Origin: a virus
Lineage: Duplodnaviria > Caudoviricetes
Direction: 5' to 3' (one strand)
Length of the DNA: 64,000 nt
IMG/VR virus record: IMGVR_UViG_3300044541_000063
Coordinates: 1 to 64,000 of that record
Part shown: positions 52,067 through 59,509 of the stretch, piece by piece
Layout: each line of letters starts with the position of its first letter
Position numbering within the stretch: the first letter of the stretch is position 1
The notes under the pieces: model-generated
What the model saw: only the letters and a program-made list of their open reading frames with translations
What the model was told of the DNA's origin: nothing
Database searches by the model: none
Position numbers and translations under genes: made by a program

Positions 52067-53869
52067 ATGAATAAGACCAAGCGCGCCAAGGCAGGCGACA
52101 ACTGGGACGAGAGCGCTCACCCGCGCGCGCCGAAGGGCGGCGCCGGGGGAGGGCAGTTCGCAGGAGGCCAGACTGCGGGCGGCATCGACCAGGGCGAGGT
52201 CGGCTCCGGCTGGCATCCAGAGAAGGACAACACCTACGCCGGCCGCAAGCCGGACGAGGCGAAGTTCGGGCGCAGCAACGAAGACTTCAGCCTGACCGAC
52301 GAGGACGAGCAGTTCGTCGAGGACCACGGCGAGGCGTTCGTGCCGGTGCTCAACGAGCTGTTCCAGGAGTACGATGCCGCGCCTGCAGACGTCGAGAATT
52401 TCATGGAAGAGATGAACCTCAGCGACAGCACCGACACGGCGGCAGCCGACGTCCTCACGGCGTTTCACAACAGCTACGTCGGCACGTTCGAGGACACCGA
52501 TGCGGCGGCGGAGAACTTCATTCACGAGACGTACCCGCGCCTACCGAAGGCGTTCACCGACGCCATCAGCAGAAGCGACCTCAGCGACAGTCTGTTCTAC
52601 AACAAGGGCTCGCCGTACGCTGCTGTCGAGTCTGACAGTGGCGAGTACATGGTCTTCAAGAAGCCGGCGTCGATGGTCTCGCGAACCAAGGACGCGAAGC
52701 CGCTGGCGTTCGAGGTCGACAGCGTGAACCTGGAGAACACTCTGCAGCTGATCGGAGTCAACGACGACGGCGCCGCGCTGGTGCTCGACGAGGGCGCGAA
52801 CATCCACCGCACGGCTGACGGCTATCTGGCGGCCTTCCCCCGGATAGCCAGAACCGGAATTCAGGTCTATCGCGGCTACGAGATGGGCGCTCCCGACAAG
52901 GACAAGGTGCGCATCTACAGGCCGGAGAGCGAGGTCTTCGCGCCCGACAGCCTGCGGTCGTACGCGCACAAGCCCGTGACCAACGACCATCCGAAGGAGG
53001 CGGTCACCAAGGACAATTGGCGCAAGTACGCCGTCGGCAACATGGCAGACGAGATCATGCGCGACGGCGGGTTCGTTCGCATTCCTATGATGATCTCTGA
53101 CGGCGACGCCATCCAGGACGTCGAGGACGGCAAGCGTGAACTCTCGCTTGGCTACACGATGGACCTCGACATGACGCCGGGCAAGACGGAGGACGGCGAG
53201 TCCTACGACGGGGTCATGAGAAACATACGAGCCAATCATCTGGCGCTGGTCACCGCCGCCAGAGGTGGAAAGGAACTCAGGGTCGGTGACTCAGGAGAAG
53301 GAGCTATCATGAAGAAGATCGTAGTTGACGGCAACACCATCGAGGTCGACGACGTTGCGGCCGTCATCGTTCCGAAGCACATCGCGATGCTGGAGAAGAG
53401 CACCGCCGACGCAGCCACCGCCCTCAAGGTCGCGCAGGACAAGACGGCTGCCGACACGGCTACCATCGCCACCCTGACGGCCGAGAACGCGACCCTGGTG
53501 AAGAAGGTCGCCGACGCGAAGCTCTCGCCGCAGCAGATCGAGCAGCTGGTGCGCGACCGCGCCGTGGTCGTCACTCAGGCGCGCGCCGTGCTGCCGACCG
53601 TCGTCACCGACAGCCGCGAGCTCTGCGACATTCGTCGTCAGGTCGTGGACGCTGCCATGGGTGCCGCGGCCAAGGGCTGGAACGACGAGCAGGTCGCGTC
53701 GTCCTTCGCCGTTCTCACCAAGGACGTCGACACCAGGGCGAACGAGACTCAGGACAGTCTCAGGACTGCTCTCAGCCAGCCTGGTCCTCGAGTCGACGCG
53801 CGCGACGCGGCGTACGGCGAGTACGAGAACAAGCTGACCAACGCCTGGAAGAAGCCGGTCGCCGCCTAG
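52067..53869 (+). CDS. DUF2213 prohead protease/scaffold with N-terminal tag and acidic ArdA-like domain
   Basis: T.DGYL...IARTG.Q.Y, Y.HKP.T.DHP, ELSLGY, IR.NHLALV..AR.G; HPR tag at 52097; acidic domain 52290-52663. Confidence 0.88.
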   Translation: MNKTKRAKAGDNWDESAHPRAPKGGAGGGQFAGGQTAGGIDQGEVGSGWHPEKDNTYAGRKPDEAKFGRSNEDFSLTDEDEQFVEDHGEAFVPVLNELFQEYDAAPADVENFMEEMNLSDSTDTAAADVLTAFHNSYVGTFEDTDAAAENFIHETYPRLPKAFTDAISRSDLSDSLFYNKGSPYAAVESDSGEYMVFKKPASMVSRTKDAKPLAFEVDSVNLENTLQLIGVNDDGAALVLDEGANIHRTADGYLAAFPRIARTGIQVYRGYEMGAPDKDKVRIYRPESEVFAPDSLRSYAHKPVTNDHPKEAVTKDNWRKYAVGNMADEIMRDGGFVRIPMMISDGDAIQDVEDGKRELSLGYTMDLDMTPGKTEDGESYDGVMRNIRANHLALVTAARGGKELRVGDSGEGAIMKKIVVDGNTIEVDDVAAVIVPKHIAMLEKSTADAATALKVAQDKTAADTATIATLTAENATLVKKVADAKLSPQQIEQLVRDRAVVVTQARAVLPTVVTDSRELCDIRRQVVDAAMGAAAKGWNDEQVASSFAVLTKDVDTRANETQDSLRTALSQPGPRVDARDAAYGEYENKLTNAWKKPVAA

Positions 53870-53929
53870 GCGCTCGGCACCAGCACCACTCAACGGGAGT
53901 CTTAGGACTCTAGCAACAGGAGTTATGAT

Positions 53930-54412
53930 ATGGGAGTTCTGCAGACTACCTACGTCGAGCGCATCTCGCAGGCGGTTGCCGGCATGATCGCCGACATGTC
54001 GAAGTCGAACGTCGACACGCGGTCTGTCGAGACCGTGGCCGGCATCGGCTTCGGCCTCGCGTGCGGCAAGGCCGTGGACGACAAGGGCGTCGTTCTCGGA
54101 GCCACGCTCACGACCGACTTCGTGGGCATCTCGGTTCGCGACATCACGTTGCCGCCGATCATCGGTGCTACCGTGGACGTCTATCCTCGGTACTCGAGCG
54201 CCGGCATCCTCACCGAGGGCGATATCTGGGTTATCGTGGGCGGCAACGTCGTCGATGGCGGCATCGTCACCTACAACAACGTGACGGGAGTCCTCTCGTC
54301 CATCGCACCGGCCGCCGGTCAGTTTCTGGTGATCGGTGGCCGCTGGATGACCACGGCTCTCAGCGGCGCACTCGCCGTCGTTCGCCTCACCGGTCCACTC
54401 GGGGCGGTGTAG
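53930..54412 (+). CDS. Capsid cement/decoration protein
   Basis: AVAGMIAD, IGFG.A, GISVR, G.IWV; position between protease and capsid genes. Confidence 0.75.
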   Translation: MGVLQTTYVERISQAVAGMIADMSKSNVDTRSVETVAGIGFGLACGKAVDDKGVVLGATLTTDFVGISVRDITLPPIIGATVDVYPRYSSAGILTEGDIWVIVGGNVVDGGIVTYNNVTGVLSSIAPAAGQFLVIGGRWMTTALSGALAVVRLTGPLGAV

Positions 54413-54454
54413 TCCTAGTCCTGCTTCACGTACTGTCAAACAGAGGAAGGTTCA

Positions 54455-55408
54455 ATGCGCAATTTCGTACGAGACGCTCAGCAGGCTCTGGGATTTCTCA
54501 CGTCCCAGGTCAGCTCGATCGAGGCTACCGTGGTCAAGGTGCTTTACCCTGACATTCAGTACCCTCAGCTCATTCCGGTCGACACCAGTGCCAACGAGTG
54601 GGCCAAGTCGGTTACTTGGTTCTCGATGGACAAGCTCGGCCGCGCGCAGTGGTTTCAGCACCTCGCGAACGACATGCCGCTGGCAGACGTCCAGCGCACG
54701 AAGTTCGAGCAGGGTATCGAGATGGCCGGCATCGGATATCGCTACGATCTCGAGGAGATCGGGCAGGCCATGATGATTCCCGGGATGAACCTCACGACCG
54801 ACAAGGCCGAGGCGGCCCGCCGGGCGGCCGAGGAGTTCATCGACGACATTGCGCTTCGCGGAAGCACGGTGCGCAACTGGACTGGTCTGTTCAACGACGC
54901 GAACGTGGTCAACACGACTGCTCCAGCTGACGGTGTCGGTGCTCTAACAACCTGGGCATCGAAGGTGACGACGCCAGATCTCATTATCAGAGACATCAAC
55001 TTGGCCATCACTGGTGTCTACACTGGGTCTTTGACGGTCGAGATGGCAGACACGGTGCTCCTGCCAGTGGCAGAGCTGGCAAGGATCGCGACTCTACCAC
55101 GCTCGACTGCGTCTGACATGTCAGTCTTGGACTGGGTGACCAAGTACAATGTCTACACTGCGCAGACTGGGATACCCATCATGATGCGCGGTGTGCGAGG
55201 TCTAGAAGTCGCAGGACCTGGTCCCTCGCAGCGTATCATCGCGTACAAGCGGGATCCTCAGATTCTCAAGCTGCATCTGCCGATGCCTCACCGTTTCCTG
55301 CCGATCTGGCAGACCGGTCCCATGACGTTCGACATTCCCGGCATTCTCCGTCTGGGCGGCGTCGAGGTCAGGCGCCCTGGTGGTATTCGGTACATCAGCG
55401 GCATCTAG
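54455..55408 (+). CDS. Major capsid protein (DUF2184 family)
   Basis: Y.DIQYPQLIPVDT, GY.YDLEEI, GLFN, R.GGVE.R.P. Confidence 0.9.
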   Translation: MRNFVRDAQQALGFLTSQVSSIEATVVKVLYPDIQYPQLIPVDTSANEWAKSVTWFSMDKLGRAQWFQHLANDMPLADVQRTKFEQGIEMAGIGYRYDLEEIGQAMMIPGMNLTTDKAEAARRAAEEFIDDIALRGSTVRNWTGLFNDANVVNTTAPADGVGALTTWASKVTTPDLIIRDINLAITGVYTGSLTVEMADTVLLPVAELARIATLPRSTASDMSVLDWVTKYNVYTAQTGIPIMMRGVRGLEVAGPGPSQRIIAYKRDPQILKLHLPMPHRFLPIWQTGPMTFDIPGILRLGGVEVRRPGGIRYISGI

Positions 55409-55446
55409 TCAGAAGCCCTGACGCGTTAATAAAGAAAGGACGTGAG

Positions 55447-55753
55447 ATGCTTCACGGAACTACACTAGGACCATGTCACTGCAGCCGGCCCTGGAGTTCC
55501 TATTATTCCAGACAAACCGATGCAGCTGGCAACTATGCACGTCCTGAGTGAGGGCGGGGCAACAATCTCGATAGCTCTCGAGGGCACCATAGACATGGTC
55601 AACTGGTTCACTGTCTCTGGACCGAATCCATTCACAGAGCGCATGTCAACGGGTGCAGGAGGTCCTGTCTGCGTAGCGTATCGAGGAAACATCTTGTCAA
55701 TGACCGGTGGAACCGATCCAAAGGTCACTGCTCACATCGCCATCAAGGAGTGA
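55447..55753 (+). pseudogene. ~100-aa beta-rich structural gene interrupted by a +1 frameshift near 55474
   Basis: AAAGGA RBS-ATG reads MLHGTTLGP; one extra T; next frame reads VTAAGPG...LEGTIDMVNW...IKE. Confidence 0.5.
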
Positions 55754-55816
55754 CGACGTTTCAGGGTGAGTAGACACTGAAGTTTAAAACTGAACATCCT
55801 CAGGAGAAACAGTCCG

Positions 55817-56434
55817 ATGACTATCAAGTGCAAGATCCACAATCGGGGACCCAGCCGACAGCTGTTCTTCGATGCTCAAGGTAGAGAGACACTGGTCAAC
55901 GTCGGAGAGACCGTTGACACTGAACTGAACGAGGGAACGTTCAAGGCACTGAAGACTGCTCACTTCGATGATCAGAATCAAGGCCTCGATCTCGTCTCTG
56001 CTGAAGTCGTCGACGACGACAAGAAGAGCGACGGAGAGAACGCGACCGAACTCGTCAGCAAGACGAAGACACACGAAGTGGTACTGAATCCGGATCCCAA
56101 CAAGCCACTGAATCCGGATCCCACTAAGCCGCTCAACCCAGACCCGAACGCTCCGCTCGTCAATCCGCAGGCTCCGCCAGTCACCGGTGCGGTCAACGAT
56201 GGTGCGGGCGGGGGAGCCGGAGAGGGTGGTGCCATTCCGGCCGGTGACTCCATCGACAAGCTGCTCGCAGAGGCCGACGCCAAGGCCATCACCTTCGCGC
56301 AGCTGCGCTCGCGCGCCAAGGCTCTCCTCGGCAGAGACTTCCCGCTTGGGACCAGCCCGAAGATGGACGAGATCGTCGACCTTCTCCGCGCTGCTCAGAA
56401 GAAGCAGAAGGCAGCTGAGAAGGCGGCCATCTGA
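55817..56434 (+). CDS. Post-capsid protein with Pro-rich linker and C-terminal HeH/Rho-N-like helical domain
   Basis: AGGAG RBS; LNPDP.KP x3; QLRSRAKALLG...K..EIV.LL. Confidence 0.7.
   Translation: MTIKCKIHNRGPSRQLFFDAQGRETLVNVGETVDTELNEGTFKALKTAHFDDQNQGLDLVSAEVVDDDKKSDGENATELVSKTKTHEVVLNPDPNKPLNPDPTKPLNPDPNAPLVNPQAPPVTGAVNDGAGGGAGEGGAIPAGDSIDKLLAEADAKAITFAQLRSRAKALLGRDFPLGTSPKMDEIVDLLRAAQKKQKAAEKAAI
56084..56155 (+). repeat. 24-bp in-frame tandem repeat x3
   Basis: LNPDPNKP LNPDPTKP LNPDPNAP. Confidence 0.8.
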
Positions 56435-56829
56435 TGACGGTCGACGTCCCGACGCCGGCAGACCTCAAGGCGAAGCTGCCGTACTTCGCCGGCGTCGACG
56501 ACACCGTGATGGCTGACACCATCACGGAGGCCGGCCGCAGCGTCGACGACTCGTGGATCGTCGGGGACCAGAAGAACGCGATCATGTACTTGGCCGCGCA
56601 TCTGCTGTTCGTCCTCGGCGCCACTAGCACGGGCGGCGCTCCCCCCGGTGGCGTGGGTGGGAGCGGTGTGGTGCAGAGCCAGAGTATCGGCGACGCCAGC
56701 GTGAGCTTCGCCGTCAACTCGTACATGAAGGGCAGCGGCGACCTTCAGGACGACTACCGCTCCACGATCTGGGGTCGGCAGTATCTCAGGCTTCTGAGAC
56801 TCAACCAGCCAGCGGTGGGAATCGTCTGA
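56434..56829 (+). CDS. Head-tail adaptor (DUF4054-like)
   Basis: P.F..VDD, YLAAHLL, S.GD.SVSF, ST.WGRQY.RL. Confidence 0.85.
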   Translation: MTVDVPTPADLKAKLPYFAGVDDTVMADTITEAGRSVDDSWIVGDQKNAIMYLAAHLLFVLGATSTGGAPPGGVGGSGVVQSQSIGDASVSFAVNSYMKGSGDLQDDYRSTIWGRQYLRLLRLNQPAVGIV

Positions 56830-57179
56830 TGGCGCTTCCCCTCGCCTTTCCCTGGCTCCTGAACCAGACGCTGACGTACTGGGCACCGGGCAGCAGCCCG
56901 AACGGTTTCGGTGGCGTGTCGTTCGCCGCGCCGGTTCTCGTCAGGTGCCGCTGGCAGAACAAGCATCAGTTGATGCGGCGTCCTGACGGCGAGGAGTTCT
57001 CGTCCATCGCGATCGTCTATCCAGCCATCGAGCTGAGGGAGAAAGGCTACGTCGCGCTCGGTAGTTTCCTGGCGACGGTTAATCCAAAGACTCTGACGGA
57101 CGTGGCGTTCGAGGTGCGGCAGGCTGACACGTCGCCGTCGGTGGCCGGCGACATGCAGATGAACAAGGTATTCGTCTGA
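56829..57179 (+). CDS. Head closure/stopper protein
   Basis: QTLTYW...GFGG..F.AP..V.CRW; synteny. Confidence 0.75.
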   Translation: MALPLAFPWLLNQTLTYWAPGSSPNGFGGVSFAAPVLVRCRWQNKHQLMRRPDGEEFSSIAIVYPAIELREKGYVALGSFLATVNPKTLTDVAFEVRQADTSPSVAGDMQMNKVFV

Positions 57180-57650
57180 ATGTTTCCGCTCATAGTCGTA
57201 CGCTACACTCTACGCACGGCGTTCGCTCTGGTGCGCCCGGTCATGATCGGGTCGACGCATCTGATGAGCGACAACGCCGAGGAGGAGGTCGTCGGCTCGC
57301 TGCGCGAGTTGTGCCAGAAGATTCAGAGAAACTCCGATCAGCGCGTTCCGGTCGAGTACGGCAACCTGCGAGCCTCGTCGTTCCTGGAGCAGGACATCAA
57401 GCCTGGGCACGGCGGCGCGTTCGAGGTGGGATACACGTCCAGCTACGCCGTCTACGTGCACGAGAACCTCGAGATGAAGTGGGAGGGCATGCCGCGCCGC
57501 AGCGGCATCGGCGTGTACTGGGGACCGCACGGCGAGAACAAGTTCCTCGAGAAGGCGTTCCACGAGGAGACCGAGAAGCTGCACATGGAGGAGATCTTGC
57601 GCAAGTTCTTCAAGAGTGGCGGCGTCGAGTTCAAGTTTGGTGGCAGATGA
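57180..57650 (+). CDS. Neck/tail completion protein (HK97 gp10-like)
   Basis: VPVEYGNLRAS, YAVYVHE, KFLEKA. Confidence 0.8.
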   Translation: MFPLIVVRYTLRTAFALVRPVMIGSTHLMSDNAEEEVVGSLRELCQKIQRNSDQRVPVEYGNLRASSFLEQDIKPGHGGAFEVGYTSSYAVYVHENLEMKWEGMPRRSGIGVYWGPHGENKFLEKAFHEETEKLHMEEILRKFFKSGGVEFKFGGR

Positions 57651-58033
57651 AGTCGCCCGCGCACGACCTCGCCATCTACCTCGCCGCGCACGGTGTCGGA
57701 ACGTTCCCAGGAACGATCTCGGTGCACGCCGAGCCGGCTGCGCCCGACAACGTCGTCACGCTGTACGACACGGGCGGGCTAGAGCCGGACACCGATCAGC
57801 TCGACCTCATGCGACCCACGTTTCAGGTTCGCGTGCGAAACATGGATCCAGCGGCCGGCTACGTCAAGCAGGAGCAGATTCGTGATCTACTGATGCTGCC
57901 GGGCCGCGTGGTGACGGCAGACTCCACGTTCGTGATGATCACTCCGTCGTCCGACATCGCGAGTCTCGGCAGAGACGACAACGACAGGTTTCTCACCACG
58001 CTCAACTACAGTGCAATTCGAGAGAGGAGCTAG
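57647..58033 (+). CDS. Tail terminator protein
   Basis: YDTGG..P..PTFQVRVR, LGRDDN.R...LN; synteny. Confidence 0.75.
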   Translation: MKSPAHDLAIYLAAHGVGTFPGTISVHAEPAAPDNVVTLYDTGGLEPDTDQLDLMRPTFQVRVRNMDPAAGYVKQEQIRDLLMLPGRVVTADSTFVMITPSSDIASLGRDDNDRFLTTLNYSAIRERS

Positions 58034-58036
58034 AAC

Positions 58037-58426
58037 ATGCCAGCCGCAGCAGGCCGACAAGTATTGCTCACCTGGGGCGGCACGCCGCTCCTCGGAGTTC
58101 GCGAGAAGGGCGTCACCCTGAATGGTGAGCCGATCAATGTCACCTCGGACGAGGACAGTGGGTGGCGCACCCTGATTCCCGACGTGCCGAACGAGGACGC
58201 GGTGGAGGTCAAGCTGTCTGGCGTCTCCAAGGACGATCGCCTGAAGACAGACTGGTTCGCGCGCACGCGCACGCGCGCGGCCGTGTTCACCTATCCGAAC
58301 GGTGCCACTATCAGCGGAACGTTCATGATCGGCTCGTTTTCGGAGGGAATTCCGTACAATAACGCGTTGACCTTCGAGACGACGCTGCTGTCGCACGGAG
58401 TCGTGACCTTCACGCCGGGCTCGTAA
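58037..58426 (+). CDS. Major tail tube protein (TP901-1/GTA-like)
   Basis: AGR.VLL, INVTS.E..GWR.L, SG.F.I, TFE.TL.S.G.VTF. Confidence 0.85.
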   Translation: MPAAAGRQVLLTWGGTPLLGVREKGVTLNGEPINVTSDEDSGWRTLIPDVPNEDAVEVKLSGVSKDDRLKTDWFARTRTRAAVFTYPNGATISGTFMIGSFSEGIPYNNALTFETTLLSHGVVTFTPGS

Positions 58427-58467
58427 GAGTTCGGTATCTTCAACCCAGTCCTCACAGGAGATTCATC

Positions 58468-58887
58468 GTGGTAGACCTCGCAGTAACCGCCAACAACGTC
58501 AAGCCGGGGACGACCGGGGCAAGAACGACAGAGACACTGGTCGCCAAGGAGATCATCACGGCAGGACAGTACGTGGCGAAGGACCCGTCGGACGGCAAGG
58601 TCGGACTCGCCGACGCCAACTCGCCGACCGGCTGGAAGAAGGACCCGATCGGAGTCGCGCTCAACGGCGCTCAGGTCGATCAACCGGTTCAGGTGCACAA
58701 GTCCGGGAAGTACGTGTGCGGCGGCGCCGTCACGGCCGGCAGCGTGTGGATGCTCAGCGCCACGCCGGGCGCCATCTGTCCGGTGGCCGACATCACGACC
58801 GGCATCGACGCGGTCTTCATCGGTATCGGCACGTCGGTCACCGAGATCGTGGTCAACATCGTCGACGTTGGAGCCACGGTGCCGTAA
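58468..58887 (+). CDS. Decoration/fibre-like structural protein
   Basis: A.E.ITAGQ.V..D..G..LADA..IGVALNGA..QPV..LS.TPG.I.P. Confidence 0.7.
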   Translation: MVDLAVTANNVKPGTTGARTTETLVAKEIITAGQYVAKDPSDGKVGLADANSPTGWKKDPIGVALNGAQVDQPVQVHKSGKYVCGGAVTAGSVWMLSATPGAICPVADITTGIDAVFIGIGTSVTEIVVNIVDVGATVP

Positions 58888-59339
58888 TGGCAAAGCGCGT
58901 CTTCGAAGACATCACGCTGACTTGGAAAGGGGCGAAGTACGTCGTTCCAAGTCAGCACGTGATGAGGGCCATCGCGCGTATCGAGGACCACATCACTCTC
59001 CAGGAGTTGATGGAGGGCATGTCGCAAAGGCGTCCGAAGTTCTCGAAGATCGCCAGCGCGTTCGCCTCCGTGCTCAGGTTCGCCGGCTGCGCGGTCGAGG
59101 ACGAGGAGGTCTACGACGGCCTCTTGTCGGGAGCCGACGAGGAGAGTCCAGAGGGAATCAGCGTGATAGCGCAGGCTCTCACTGGACTGCTGAACATGAT
59201 GATGCCCCCTAAGTCGATGCAGAAGCTGTCGGCCGTGGAGGTCGGCAAGAAGGGGGAATCAAGGAGACGGTCGCCGTCCCCAAAGGCCGCGGCGAATTCG
59301 TCTCTGAAGCCTACAAAGTTAGCCACAGCTGGGGACTGA
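58887..59339 (+). CDS. Tail assembly chaperone (gpG-like)
   Basis: Position before tape measure; TAATG overlap. Confidence 0.75.
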   Translation: MAKRVFEDITLTWKGAKYVVPSQHVMRAIARIEDHITLQELMEGMSQRRPKFSKIASAFASVLRFAGCAVEDEEVYDGLLSGADEESPEGISVIAQALTGLLNMMMPPKSMQKLSAVEVGKKGESRRRSPSPKAAANSSLKPTKLATAGD

Positions 59340-59509
59340 GGCCCGGAGAGTTCTGGAACCTGCACCCGAAGGAGTTCTGGTGGCTAGCCGACTTCCACCG
59401 CAAGAAGAACTCCGCGGAGCGCAACGACTACGCGGGAATGACTGAGGACGAGGTAGAGAAGATCTACCGAGAGGCATACGGACCGGAGCCATTCGAAGAT
59501 GCCGACTAA
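59279..59509 (+). CDS. gpT-like extension reached by -1 frameshift at C CCA AAG
   Basis: -1 frame open 59213-59509 with no start codon; encodes WGLRPGEFWNLHPKEFW. Confidence 0.75.
   Translation, partial: PKGRGEFVSEAYKVSHSWGLRPGEFWNLHPKEFWWLADFHRKKNSAERNDYAGMTEDEVEKIYREAYGPEPFEDAD

Noticed and set aside
55442-55468. TAG readthrough from GTG 55442 as the explanation of the split gene
   Set aside because: The RBS spacing fits ATG 55447, there is no suppressor tRNA, and TAG is used as a normal stop elsewhere (e.g. capsid gene).
59252-59258. G GGG GAA as the tail-chaperone slippery site
   Set aside because: It does not fit X XXY YYZ in the reading frame, whereas C CCA AAG at 59279 does.
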